A stretch of 64,000 nt of DNA, taken from Phyllobates terribilis (lineage: Eukaryota). Each line of letters opens with the position of its first letter. Position 1 is the first letter of the stretch. The translations under genes were made by a program, and so were the position numbers. The notes beneath the pieces are model-generated. The model saw nothing but the letters and a program-made list of their open reading frames with translations, ran no database searches and had not been told where the DNA came from. Below, piece after piece: positions 27,984 through 40,600 of the stretch. The stretch spans positions 362,390,001 through 362,454,000 of the forward strand of contig NW_027362769.1 of NCBI RefSeq assembly GCF_046119375.1. The letters run 5' to 3'.

Positions 27984-30951
27984 CCACATATTGCAAGCCA
28001 CATCCACATTGCAACAAGTAGACCACATAGTCAGAATGACAGTCCACTTTACAGGTGATGGAGAATTGTTCATCAGTGGTTTGCGAGCAGAAGGATACTG
28101 CCCCATGATTAATGGTACTACAGCATAAACAGCCAGGAGATCTGCAAGCAAAACAATCTACTCCTTCTTGCCTTTGCCTCCAATATCTCCATACTGAAGC
28201 TGCAGATTTCAAATGTCGTGTTACTGGGCGATAAAAAGGACCGTAAATTCTGATTCTTCCTATAAACAATCCTGGGTTTACATGGCAAATGCTTAGACAA
28301 AAGCGGATCCCCCAACAGGACGCACCAATAACGACTTAATAGTTTCTGTATGTACACTCTAGATTTATTGAAAGTAGTCACTAAACTCCAATCTTTATAT
28401 CCTGTATTCGCATGCTCACAGTTAGGGCCAGAAATCCGAGCCAAACATTATTCCTGACTGAGCGGCTTAATTCTTTTCTGTGCATCCCTAATCAATTTCT
28501 TAGGATACCCCTTCCTCAAGAATCTTTTTTCAAGGACATCAGCCTTCTTTTCAAAATCTTCATCCTGCGAACAATTTTTCCATATACGCCAATACTGGCC
28601 ATACGGAATGTTCTTAATCCACCTTGGAAGATGGCCACTGTCAAATCTGAGGTAGCTATTCACATCCACGGTTTTGAAATGGGTAGATGTGAGAACCTTC
28701 CCCAAATCATCCAATTTCAAAACTAAGTCAAGAAACTGTATGGAGTCACTTGACATGGATACAGTGAACTTAAGACTCCATGGGTTATTATCCAAAATTT
28801 CAAAGAAATCCTGGGCTGATTTTTACGTCCCTTCCCAGATAAAGAACAGATCATCGATATAACGACGATATAATCGTATATGGCCTTGGGTTAGAGGAGA
28901 AGACGTGATGAACAAAGATTCAAAGCGTCCCATGAAGATATTCGCGTAGCTGGGAGCTACCCTCGTTCCCATTGCACAGCCCTTTATTTGCTTGTAAAAA
29001 TTATCCTCGACTGAGAACACATTATTATTTAATATGAATTCTATTGATTTCAAAATGAACTCTTTTTGAGAAAGGGGGATACTACCATCTTCCATTAAAA
29101 AATGGCGCACCGCATCTATACCTAGTTCGTGGGAGATATTACTGTAAAGAGCTGCAATGTCTGCTGTAATGAGAATACAGTTTCTCACAGACGCCAGACT
29201 TCTAACTGTGGCAATCAAAGTTTAGGAGTCTTTAAGATAGGACCCCAATTCAGATACATATTTCTGAAGAAACAAGTCAATGAAGTGTGATAGATTGGAC
29301 GTAATGGAATTTATCCCGGATATGATGGGGCGCCCAGGCGGGTTACAGGGATCCTTGTGTAGTTTAGGTAAAAAATAAAAAATGGGGGTCCGGTAACTTG
29401 AGATATCTAAAAACCTCTTTTCATTCTTATTCAGAATGCCCTTTTCATAACCTTCCTTAATCAAATAATTAGAATTAACAAAGATGGAGATAGAAGGATC
29501 AATATCCAATTTATGGTAGTATTGGTCATCACTAAGTATCCTGAGACCCTCACACAAATACCAGGATCTATCCATAATCACGACTCCTCCTCCTTTATCA
29601 GCACTTTTTATTATGATGTTATTATTGTTCTTCAAAGACTGCATTGCTTCCCTTTCACTTTTCATCAAATTGTCTGGTTTCTTGTACCGCTCAATCGAGC
29701 GTAGATCTCTGAGGACCAATTGTTGAAAAGATTCTATATGCGCACCCTTGTGGTGCATCGGGTAAAACTTATTAGAGCCTCCCCTGACCGCCATATGCTT
29801 ATATTGATCAGTCGGGATGGTTGTCTCATCAGGTGAATTGGAAAAACCTGCGGAAGCATTGGGAGCTGGCAATTTCTTGCCACGTTCCTCTATCAAAAAA
29901 TGTCGCTTAATAGTCAATTTACGGAAGAATTCGTTCAGATCTAAGAAAAGATCAAAACTATTTATTTCAGCATCTGGACAAAATGATAAACCTTTAGCCA
30001 ATAAGGAAGTTTCACCTTCTGTAAGCATGTGACTTGAAAGATTAAATATACCACAGGATCTTAAAACACTAATCTCCGAAATTTGTGAGCTGGATGCTAC
30101 CTCACCTATACCGTTGTTTTCTTGGTGATTACGGATTCCGAGGTAACGGCTATTACCTGAGATCCCTCTACCTCCTCTACATCCACGTGTCCTCTTTTTC
30201 TTTTTGGGTGGCGCCCTGGTGCCACTTGAAAAAAATGAGTGATTTTTGAATCTTTCATTGTTATTGGTGGCTTAAATGGGCCAAGCAATGGTGAGGATCT
30301 CATTCCTATGTTAGCCGTATCTAACATGGGCGCAGTAAGAAACAAGGCAGAATTTTTTACCTCTAATGATGGCGAGTCCATGGTGCATGTGGTATCCACA
30401 ATGGATTCAACCAAACTAATATTACTATCTCCTGATTCAAATAATTCCTGACTCATGTCTGGTCCTATTATCCTATTAAAGTCTTGCGAGGTCGGGTGAA
30501 TTGTGAGACATGAGGAAGCATCTACAGTGTTCGTATTGTTAAATGAACGTTCGTGACCTGATGCCAACCCAGCACCCTGATTTATCAAAGGTATCATGTT
30601 GGGGAGGGAGGTAATGGAACTACTCGTACATGACATAATGATGGGTTCCATTGTGTTATGTATAACTTCAAGTGTGTTAAGCATAACCATGGAATTATTG
30701 ATGTTAGAGGCAGTGATTTTTCTTTTATCACTGACATTACATGCAGCAATAGTGCCCTGTGACTCCGGTATTACTGACCCTATGGGGAGCACGGACACAT
30801 TCTCCATCCTCATAGGATTCCCCAAACCATCATTACAGCCAAAATCCAAGGGTGGAGCAAACGGATTTGATAATGCTGTCATCTGCATAATGCCATCGCT
30901 ACCTTGCATCTTATGCTGATCTAATAGTGTACTTGATGGAATGGAGAACAC
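27984..30951 (-). mobile_element. Penelope-like retroelement, defective and 3'-truncated within the GIY-YIG domain
   Basis: GIFNLSSHMLTEGETSLLAKGLSFCP, IIKSADKGGGVVIMD, PKLHKDPCNPPGRPII, GCAMGTRVAPSYAN, YRRYIDDLFFIW, FLDL, and YVVYLLQCGCGLQYVG; several stops and frameshifts. Confidence 0.92.
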
Positions 30952-30989
30952 AGCAGTTTTGGGTACACTTCTATTTTTTCCCAGGATGG

Positions 30990-31140
30990 TTAAGGAGTTT
31001 GAATTTCCCGCTCATTGTAGTTTCTACAGTTTCAAAATGTAAAGATGTAACTTCTTCTGCTGTGAAGAGAAGTATCCGGTCTATACATAAACCCCACTTA
31101 CACACTCTCATGTAATCGCCTTCCAGATCACGGTGGAGTC
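30990..31140 (+). repeat. Displaced fragment of histone H3-H4 spacer carrying the E2F/CHR-like module
   Basis: ggagtttgaatttcccgctc...cttctgctgtgaagagaagt.tccggtctata...catgtaatc.ccttccagatcac matches 17910-18050. Confidence 0.8.
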
Positions 31141-31239
31141 ATTGAATACATTTATATTTGGAGAAACAATGAGAGAATCAAGATAATATAGAAATATAAA
31201 AGTGAGTTATAATTTTGAATAGGAGTAAACTTGAGACGT

Positions 31240-31760
31240 AGCACTCGCATGCCTTCTTCCCGAGAAGATGTTGAGAATTTTGCTATGGTGATTTAAATAT
31301 AGGGGTGCTGACTGCAGCCATTGGTATTTATTTCCTGATTGGAAAAGTTCCTTTCTAGTGCTTTCAAAGGATTCCTTAGAGAAAAGAGGAGAATTGAATT
31401 ATACGGAGCCGGTAGTTCTTTTGAGCTCAGTGTTACTGACAATAATTCGTTACTTATGAAAAACGATTGAAAGGACACAATTATATGTCTTTGAGCCTCA
31501 GTCCAAAATAAATAAAAACTTTGAAATTATGTAAGCGTCTAGCAATTTTATCCGTTGGTCATTCAGGAAGAAGATGAGTGATCATGTTTTCAGTATAGCG
31601 ATTTATATCTGAAGTGAAGACATCACTGATTATGGTATTCCTCTGATTTTCAGATTAGTCTTCCTTAACATTTCTTTGAAGTTAGCCAGTTCTAGTTTAA
31701 ATGATGAGAGCTCTTTATTGAAATGATTGATAGAGGTTGACAGGTTGTCGTTGTTCTCAT
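31240..31760 (-). pseudogene. L1 ORF1 remnant
   Basis: Minus strand DNLSTSINHFNKELSSFKLELANF...NLKIRGIP and a C-terminal KYQW-like segment; multiple lesions. Confidence 0.75.
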
Positions 31761-32219
31761 CCCCTTACATAACTTAACAGGCGATGTGCATTTCTTGTGT
31801 CACCTTGCACGGACTCTCCTGACTTCCTCTGCTACTGTATAAATGGGCTCTTGTACCCGAGTTTGCAGGGAGGAGAGTCCCGGCTGCTGCATGTTGGGCC
31901 TTTTCTTTCCCATTTCGCTGAGTGTTAAGGTATGTAAGAGGATATGTGCCTATTCATCCAATGGCTAGGGGAAACTCAGTATCACTTACCCTACACATTC
32001 AAGTGAAGTGAATATTAATGAGTCGCACACAACTAGGCCCCTGAGTACTGTTATTAATGGGGAGCAGAATTATAAAGCTATTGATTATTGCCCCCACTGC
32101 TCATCAGAAATTACAATATTTACTTTCTCCTAATACTTGTATTTTAATTGGCAGAAATCATAAAACTCAGATATCACTTGTTTCTTCACATGAGGATTAA
32201 CACTCAGATAACACGAATT

Positions 32220-32345
32220 GTTATCTTCTCATAGAAAATAATGACAGCTGCTCAGATGGATAAAATAAAACGGAACGGTATAATCATTTTGAGCATCAGA
32301 TTTATTCTCAATCCAATAGTCCCATATCCAATGAAGAATCTAATA
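32220..32345 (-). repeat. Second displaced fragment of histone H3-H4 spacer
   Basis: The reverse complement (cattggatatgggac.a.tgga.tgagaat...) matches 18050-18180. Confidence 0.7.
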
Positions 32346-33667
32346 ATGGTATGGGAGTGGGATAAATAATTAAACGGGCCACAGAGAAGTTGATAAACGA
32401 TTTAATGCAGACTTGTAAATGTTACCTTCTGGAAGACTCTGCATTCATAAAAAAACAAGGGAAAAACTATTGAAAGCATTCCATAACCTGTCATTCCTCA
32501 ATTGATGGAGCTGCAGGATGATGGACTGATGGGGCGCTCCGATCTGAGAGAGTAAGCTCTCACTTGTCATAGTTTAATCACTGATAAATTTGATATACAG
32601 TAGGAGACAGATGTCATGATTAATATTGAAAGGGCAACAATGAGGCAGACTGAGGCGTACACTAACTTACAGGGAAGCAACAGTCTGCAGATATTTAATA
32701 AAAATAAGCTTAGCTGACTATTGATAATAGCTGTTCAAAACCATCTCCTATCGCTAAGCCGCTGGGGAAATATAACTGTAAAAGACCGAACCCCTTCTGC
32801 TATTAGAGGAAAAAATCCATAAACGCCATTTTCTTTCTTACCATTAGCAAAAAAAGCTAAGCAATATATGAATCCCCTTATCCCACAAAGAGGATCTATT
32901 CCTAATCATAAGTCGTAACAATAATTTTGTTAATTCTATATACACAGTAGGAACTCTATACCTGCACAGGAAAAAAAAAGTCAAACTAAATTTAACCCAT
33001 AGAAACCACTATTTGGAGAAATATATTTCACCAATCTCAACAAAATCATTTTCTAGATCTGATGATGCTTTCCATGGAAAAAATATGTATCATCCGAAAA
33101 AACAACCTGCCAACCTCGATTAATTATTTCAATAAACAGCGCACATCATTTAAACTACAACTGGCTAATAGTGTTGAGCCACCCCCGTAGTGTTCGAGTT
33201 CGGTTCGGTTCGTCGAACACCCGTGTGTTCGCCGAACTGTTCGTCGAACTGTTCGTCGAACACCTTCGAACACCGTTAAAACCAATGGCAGGCAAACAAA
33301 AACACATAGAAACACATAGAAAACACCTTCAAAGGTGTCCAAAAGCTGACAAACTGCTCAGAAGACACAACTAACACATGGAAAAGTGACAAGTACATAT
33401 AGTCATGCGAAAAGAAAAGAGGTGGAGGAGTAAAAGGAGGGGGAGACACAGATATAGGCATGTCATGCCCTTCTAAAATCCAAAAAGTGAGAAGCCGAGA
33501 CGGCCAGTCCGCTCCTGCCCGTGCCACCTCCGTGTCGCCGGGTTTGTGCCAGAGCCGCGGTGAACCCTGACGGCCAGCCCCCCTCTCCCAATACTGGTGC
33601 CTGTCCGCTGGTGGGTCGAGAGAGCCCCCCTGTGGTGGAGGCAGCTCTAAGCTTTTTAATTTAAATT

Positions 33668-33946
33668 GTCCCTCTAATTTGAATTAATACACTTTAAATC
33701 CATTTACAAGGATCTATTGGAGGGCAAGTCTCATGCCAGCAGCCGCGTAATTCCAGCTCCAGTAGCGTCCACTAAAGCTGCTGCAGTTAAAAAGCTTTTA
33801 TAAGGATCGAGCTCGGCTGTCCACCGCAAGGCATCCTAGTGCCAGTCCCAGCCCCTATGCCTTGGGGTGCCTCCTGATGCTCTTCACTGAGTATCCCGTG
33901 GTCCCGAAGCATTTCCTTTGAAAAAATTAAGTGTCCAAACTACAGG
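33668..33946 (+). pseudogene. 18S rRNA-derived fragment (helix 18 / 530-loop through the start of V4/ES6)
   Basis: cactttaaatcc...ggatctattggagggcaagtct..tgccagcagccgcg-taattccagctcca.tagcgt...aaag.tgctgcagttaaaaagct...gatgctctt.actgagt.tcccg...cccgaagc.ttt.ctttgaaaaaatta is collinear with 18S as recalled; diverged and partial. Confidence 0.92.
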
Positions 33947-34052
33947 TGGTGTAGCTTGCTTAACAGCCGGGATAATCCGCTGACTAGCAGACACTGCTAC
34001 TAGGCACAAAGTATTTCCTGGGCTAGATGCAGTTAAAAATTTGTAAGTAGAT

Positions 34053-35845
34053 ACTCTCGTTGGATGCTGAGAAAGCATTCCATAGAGTCTCCTGGCACGC
34101 CATATATGATTCTCTTAAAAAGCTTGGGGTAGGGGTCTAGGGGACCCTTTTATAGCCAAAATCACGGCCCTGTATCACAATACGTCACCTAGGCTGAAGA
34201 TAAATGGAACTGTAGCACCGAGGGCTCGGTTGCTACAGACGTATTGCACCTCACCCAGAGGTGTGATATCTCACTCTCAGATAAGGATGGAGTGTGGATC
34301 AGGACCCGACACCTGCATGCATTACACCACATTGCCGTGGGGCAGGGCGACCAATATGCCCCTGAGATGGGCACGACAGTCCCTGTCCCTGGCTGGAGTG
34401 GGGGGAGGGAACACTGAGGAAGGGGAACCCTGCAGTGCAGGAGCAGGGAGGAAGCAGTTCCTGGGTGCATTGAGAAGGGAGTATAAAAGGTGGGCACCAT
34501 CTTAGTTCAGTGCAGAGAAGTCTGAGCAGAAGTGGCAGGGAGCAGGGGCTAGTAACAGAGGCCCAGGCCTGCAAGAGGGAGAAGGAAGGAAGAGGAGCGG
34601 AGAAGGCTCCAGGAACGAGGAATGAAGGGATCCCATGGGGGGGGACGGGCGAGTCGCCACCGCACGCCCGAATCCACCTGCGTGGAGGGGTCAGGCCAAA
34701 GGGGGAGACCGGTCCCCGAACTAGTGGAGGCAGGAAACGACCCTCAGCTAGAAACCGGAGGCTCTGACATTTTATGTGGCGCAGCCCCTTGCTCCACCCG
34801 CTAGGAAGGCACCACATAGGGTCAGGGAAACTGGCGCCAAGTTTACCAAGAGGAGGCCCGAGGCAGCCGGACAGAAGTGTTGGTAAGAAAGGCCAGACAA
34901 AGGACACACAAAGGGGGTCCTGTGAAGCGCTCCAAAGTTATCTGGGAGTTGTCTGAGCCCCTCACCTGGTGAGCACAGTACGACGTGGGCAGCCGTTACC
35001 TGCAGACGTGGTCTGGATAATAAGAACTGTGAGTAAAGGCCCTGAACTGCATCACTGACTCCGTGTCGTTACTGCTGCTGCCCTGCACCATCACCCCCAT
35101 CCTCCGCATACACTGCCCTGAGGCTATACTCCTCCCGTGGGGAGTTATGCTACGCTCTGCTGCACCCACAACACCAGCCTTAGCGGTCTGCCCTGTAGCG
35201 GCGGTTCACTCTGACCGCAATCCACGGGTGGCGTAGTCGGACATTTAAACATCAAAACCACATAAATAGTTCCGCCACTGGTTTGACCGCCCTGAGCCAC
35301 GGAACCGGATCGCCGCCACGAAGACTACAACCACCAGCATCCACCAAAAAGGGTCCGGCTCCGGGTGTCCCAAGGCCCAGGGGGTGCGTCAGAACATTTT
35401 CATCACCTTTCACAATCACCAATGGGACAAGGCAGGGATGTCCTCTGTCCCCTCTCTTATACATCCTAGTGACGGAGCACCTGCTCTCATCAATTCGCCA
35501 TAACCCCAATATTAGGTGGATTGAGGTGGGAGGCACCGAGTACAAGTGCTCTCTATTTGCTGATGATGTCCTAGTATATATCACTCAATCACATATATCC
35601 ATCCCTGCTGTTATGGCTGAAATAGATCACTTTGTTACATGGTATAATTTTAAAATCAATGCAGCGAAGTCTGAGGCCCTAGATGTCTCCCTCCCTAAAT
35701 CCATATAGGATTCCATCCAGTCCAACTTTCCCTTTGCCTGGCCCTCACAGGGTATCAAATACTTAGGAATTCCTATTCATAGAGACCTCTCCCATCTATG
35801 TTATCTTAATTTTGGGCCCTTTATTGAACAATTCCATACAGACCA
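34053..35845 (+). mobile_element. Internal L1 ORF2 (RT) fragment split by a solo LTR
   Basis: LSLDAEKAFHRVSW...KINGT | FSSPFTITNGTRQGCPLSPLLY...LFADDVLV...KINAAKSE...IKYLGI. The frame rejoins across the GAAC TSD. No L1 3' end. Confidence 0.9.
34211..35391 (+). mobile_element. Solo LTR (Gypsy-type), 1181 bp
   Basis: TG...CA ends; 4-bp TSD GAAC at 34207-34210 and 35392-35395; TATAAAA at ~34483; 3' part homologous to the LTR at 43617-44637. Confidence 0.93.
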
Positions 35846-35911
35846 CGGTTGGCAAGTTAGAACTGTAAGATTCACTACGTGAACCACTGGTGTTTTGTGG
35901 AAAAGCACATG
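35846..35911 (-). pseudogene. Diverged duplicate of part of the hAT transposase C-terminal coding region (left piece; the right piece is at 37280-37410)
   Basis: 35846-35911 matches 38065-38134, and 37280-37410 matches 38215-38345. A Tc1 is inserted at the TA of acatgTA. Confidence 0.85.
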
Positions 35912-35913
35912 TA

Positions 35914-37275
35914 CACCGCGTTCCAAATTATTATGCAAAAAGTGTTTAGGAGTGATAAGGGAAGAATTTGTTTGTTTGTCAGTTAAACTCATTGATGGTG
36001 ATGTGTGTCAGGGCTCTTTATATCACTGTAAGCAATTGCAGACACCTGTGCTAATTAGTTTGGCAGGTGTGTCCAATGAAAGGCAAGACTACTTAAGAAG
36101 GCTCTCTCACATTATTAAGCAGCCTACATTTTCTGCCAAAATGGGAAAGAAAAAGGATGTGTCGGCTGCTGAGAAGCAACAAATTGTGGAGTGTTTAGGT
36201 CAAGGCATGACTACAATCAACATTGTGCGATGATCAGGATGAAGTGTCTTGGCAATCAAGAAGTATGTAGCTGATTCACAGTACACACGTGTGCGTGCTG
36301 ATAAGGGCAAATTGAGGACTCTTTCCTACAGGCAATTACGTCAGGTTGAAAGAGCAGCGGCAAAAAAGCCTTGTCATAGCAGCAGACAAGTTTTTGAAGC
36401 TGCTTGTGCCTCCAACGTCCCCCGAACAACAAGATGCAGGGTCCTTCAGAGGTTTGCAGCTGTGCATACGCCATCCTGTCGACCTCCTCTATCCACTTCA
36501 CACAAGCAGAAACGGCTCCAGTGGGCCAAACATTACATGAAGACTGATTTCAAAACTGTTTTGTTCACGGATGAGTGCCGTGCAGCGCTCGATGGTCCAG
36601 ATGAATGGAGTGGAGGATGGCTGGTTGATGGACACCCCACGCAAACACGGCTACAGCGCCAACAAAGAGGAGGTGGAGTAATGTTTTGGGCTGGAATCAT
36701 GGGGAGAGAGATTGTCGGCCCCTTTAGGATCCCTGAAGGCGCTAAAGATGAACTCCATAATGTATGTGGATTTTCTCAAACAGCACTTCCTGCCATGGTT
36801 CAAGAAGAAGAACCGTGTATTTCACAGCAAGATCATTTTTCTGCATGATAATGCACCATCTCATGCTGCACATAAAACATCTGCATCTCTGGCTGATATG
36901 GGCATAAAAGGGGACAAACTTATGGTGTGACCCCCATGCTCCCCTGACCTCTACCCCATTCAGAACCTTTGGAGCATCATTAAAAGGAGTGTCTATGATG
37001 GCGGGAGGCAGTTCACATCTAAGCAACAGCTCTGGGAGGGTATTCTGTCCTCATGCAAAACAATTGAAGCAGAAACCATCCAAAACCTGACAAATTCAAT
37101 GGACGAGAGAGTTCAGAAGCTCCTTTCGAACAAGGGGTCCTATGTGAAAATGTAACATCACCTAGAATAAAGTTTTGAGTTGAAAACTGTTTGATTTCAG
37201 TTTCTAACAACCTGCTAATGCTTATAATTTCAAAAATGACCATTTTTTTGGTCTTTATTAAAATGAAAAGGTTGA
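35914..37275 (+). mobile_element. Tc1/mariner element, defective; right TIR lost
   Basis: TA followed by CACCGCGTTCCAAATTATTATGCAA. Transposase MGKKKDVSAAEK...VLFTDE...VMFWAGI...LHDNAPSH...SPDLYPIQNLW (catalytic E changed to Q), with frameshifts and an in-frame stop. Confidence 0.92.
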
Positions 37276-37612
37276 TCGAAAAGTTTGGGGGATCTAAGAG
37301 TGTGGCAGCCCAGTAGTCATGATTACTTCGAATTCTGACAATATGAGGGTCATGCTGCAGGTAGTGCAGCAAGAAGGCACTTATGTGTCTTGCGCATCTC
37401 GGAGCCCCAAAATTATTTTCCGGGCTAGATGCAGCTAAAAATTATTTTTAATTTTAAATCTGGTGAAGCTTATTATAGATGGCCTAATAGGATCAGTGCT
37501 GCACACTGCTACAAAGCCCAAATTATTTTCCAGTCAAGATACAGATAAACATGATTAGTAATTTGAAAGCTTAAAACGGTTGGTAGGGTGATTTTAACCA
37601 ATCATCAAGCTT

Positions 37613-40600
37613 TTACTCTCCCCAGGATGACACAGGGGTAGAAAAGTCGTTTCGGATCCATGATTTGTTCATCTTTATGAACGTGAGTCTGTCTACATTA
37701 TCAGTGGAGAGCCGCGTGCGCTTATCTGTCAGCACACCACCAGCAGCGCTGAACACACGTTCAGACAGAACGCTGGCTGCGGGGCATGACAAGATCTCCA
37801 AGGCGTAAGTGGCTAGCTCCGGCCATTTATCCAGATTGGAAGCCCAAAAAGAGCAAGGGTCCAGTGACACAGTCGTGGCTTCAATGTTTACTTGGAGATA
37901 CTCCTGTACCATCGTCTCTAGGCGTTGACTATGTGTCAGACTTCTTGTCTTCTGTGGCCTTGCAAAGGATGGGCTAAAAAAGTGGTGAAATGATTCCGCA
38001 AAATTGATGTTACCAGCAGATACTGTGGTTCTGTTACAGTTTGAGTGCTGAACACTTGACGGTCCCACGGTTGGCAAGTTGGAACTGTGAGATTCACTAC
38101 GTGCACCACTGGTATTTTGTGGAAAAGCACATGTAAGATTCTGCAACAGTCTCTGCTGATACTCCTGCATGCGTGCATCCCTTTCTATGGCAGGAATAAT
38201 TTCTGCAAATTTACTTTTGTACCGGGGATCTAACAGTGTGGCAACCCAGTAGTCAGGATTATTTCTAATTCTCACAATTCGAGGGTCATGTTGCAGGTAG
38301 TGCAGCAAGAAGGCACTCATGTGTGTTGCGCATCCAGGAGCACCAAGTCCCTGTTGTGTTGGTGGCGAGGTAACAATCATGCTTCCTTCCTCTGTCCTCT
38401 CCCCCCAACCTCGCACAACAGAAATGTGATCAAGGTCTCCCTCATCTGATGAGTCTTCCATCAGTTCGTCCTCCACTTCTTCCTGGGCTCCTGCACCTTC
38501 CTCACTAGTTTGGCTGCTACCATGCGCCCTGGTAAAATCATCTCCCCCACCCTCACATGCCTGCCGCCTTGGTGCTGCCGACCGTCTGGACCTTGCAGAT
38601 GTTAGCCCTTCCGCATACAACTCCTCCTCCTCTACTTCCTCCACCTCCTCTTGTGCCACCACCTGACTCCGAATTCTGTTTAACATGTGCTCCAGCATGT
38701 AAATCACCGGAATAGTCATGCTGATAATGGCATCGTCAGCACTAAACATCTTCGTCGCCATTTCAAAACTGTGCAGAAGGGTGCATAGGTCCCTGATCTG
38801 AGACCACTCCTCCAGCGTGATTTGCCCCACCTCTGAATCTCGTTGGCCCAGGCTATACGTCAGAACGTATTGCACCAGGGCTTGTCGGTGCTGCCACAGT
38901 CGCTGCAACATGTGCAGAGTTGAATTCCACCGGGTAGGCACATCGCATTTTAGCCGGTGAAGTGGCAGGCCCAACGACTTCTGTAGAGATGTAAGTCGCT
39001 GAGCTGCGGGATGCGAACGGCGGAAGTGAGCACACAGCGACCGTGCCCTCTGCAGAAGGCCATCTAGTCTGGGATAGTGGGCTAAAAATTGCTGGACAAC
39101 CAGGTTCAACACGTGAGCCATACAAGGCACGTGTGTGACATTGCCCTGGCGAAGGGCCGCACCCAGGTTTGCAGCATTGTCGCACACGGCCTTCCCTGGT
39201 TTCAGGTCCAGTGGAGACAACCATTCATGAAATTGGTTCTCCAGAGCTGACCACAACTCCTCAGCTGTGTGACTCACATTTCCCAGACATTTCAATGTAA
39301 AAACCGCCTGATGACGTTGAGCCCTACTGCCAGCATAGTAAGGAGGTGTGCAGGATCCCTTCTGCGCAGTTAGAAAGCTTGTGGCATGACCAGACAGGCT
39401 TTGGGTGCAGGTGGAAGACCGAGAGGAGGTTGAGGAGGCAGAGGCAGTGGAGGAACTTTGACATAAAGAGGATTGACGCACAACTCGTGGGGACGGCAAG
39501 ACTTGGACAGCAGCCCCTTGTCCTGCTGTCACCATAGTTACCCAGTGCCCAGTCAGCGACATGTAACGCCCCTGTCCATGCCTACTCGTCCAAGTGTCTG
39601 TGGTGAAATGCACCCTGTCACACACAGAGTTTCTCAAAGAAGCGGTGATGTTGTGTGCGACATGCTGGTGGAGCGCAGGCACACCTTTCTTTGAGAAGTA
39701 GTGCCGACTGGGCATCTGGTACTGGGGCACTGCGACGGACATAAGGTCTCGAAAATCCTCTGTGTCCACCAGGCGGAAAGGCAGCATTTCTGTAGCCAAG
39801 AGCTTGCAGATGGTGAAATTCAACCTCTTAGCTTTCTCATGGCTAGGAGGAAATGGTCTTTTACTTGTCCACATCTGAGGGACCGAGGGCTGGCTATTGT
39901 GCTTAGACGGGGTTGATAAGGGTGTCCCCGGCAAACTGCCGGTCTGTGAGGAAGATGCAGGCGGACATGTTAGGTTGCCTTGATCCAAAGGTGGTGCTAT
40001 CGATGTCGGACAGCGCTCAAGACCAGCTGGTGTTACCACCTCCAAAGAAAATGATGACCTGCCAATCACGCTGGCTGTTGCGGGTAAAGAGGTGGCAGGT
40101 CTGCGCCCCAAAACAGGTGTGACTGCTGTCCCCCAAGTCACAGAGGATGAAGAGGCCGCGGATGCACAAGATATGGCAGACGGTGGTTGGCCCGGCCGGC
40201 TAGGCCGCATTGTAGCACACTGAGCTTCCCACTGCAACTTATGCTTCATGTCCATGTGCCGGTTCATGCATGAAGTACTCAAACTATGTATTTTTTGGCC
40301 TCTACTTAGCTTTTGCTGACAAATGTTACAGATAACACGAGTTGGGTCATCTTTATCGATCTGAAAAAATGCCCAGGCTATGCAAGGCTTAGCACCCATG
40401 CGACCTGAAGAGCCACCACGACTTGTGGTGAGAGGCAGAGTTGTGTTTGAGGATGCAGTTGTTGACGTGCTTCCAGTACTACGTCTCTGTCCAGGAAGGC
40501 GCAACCTGACCTCGTCGTCACTAGCATCTTCCTCCACCTCCTCTGCTGACCTCATCTCTTGGCTGACTGTGGGTTGACAGTAAGTGGGATCTCCGACCTC

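Noticed and set aside
33500-33665. GC-rich stretch upstream of the 18S fragment as rDNA spacer or 28S sequence
   Set aside because: No recognisable conserved rRNA motif; cannot be assigned without alignment.
33668-33946. Functional 18S rRNA gene
   Set aside because: Only about 280 bp, with substitutions and an indel in universally conserved positions, and no flanking rDNA.
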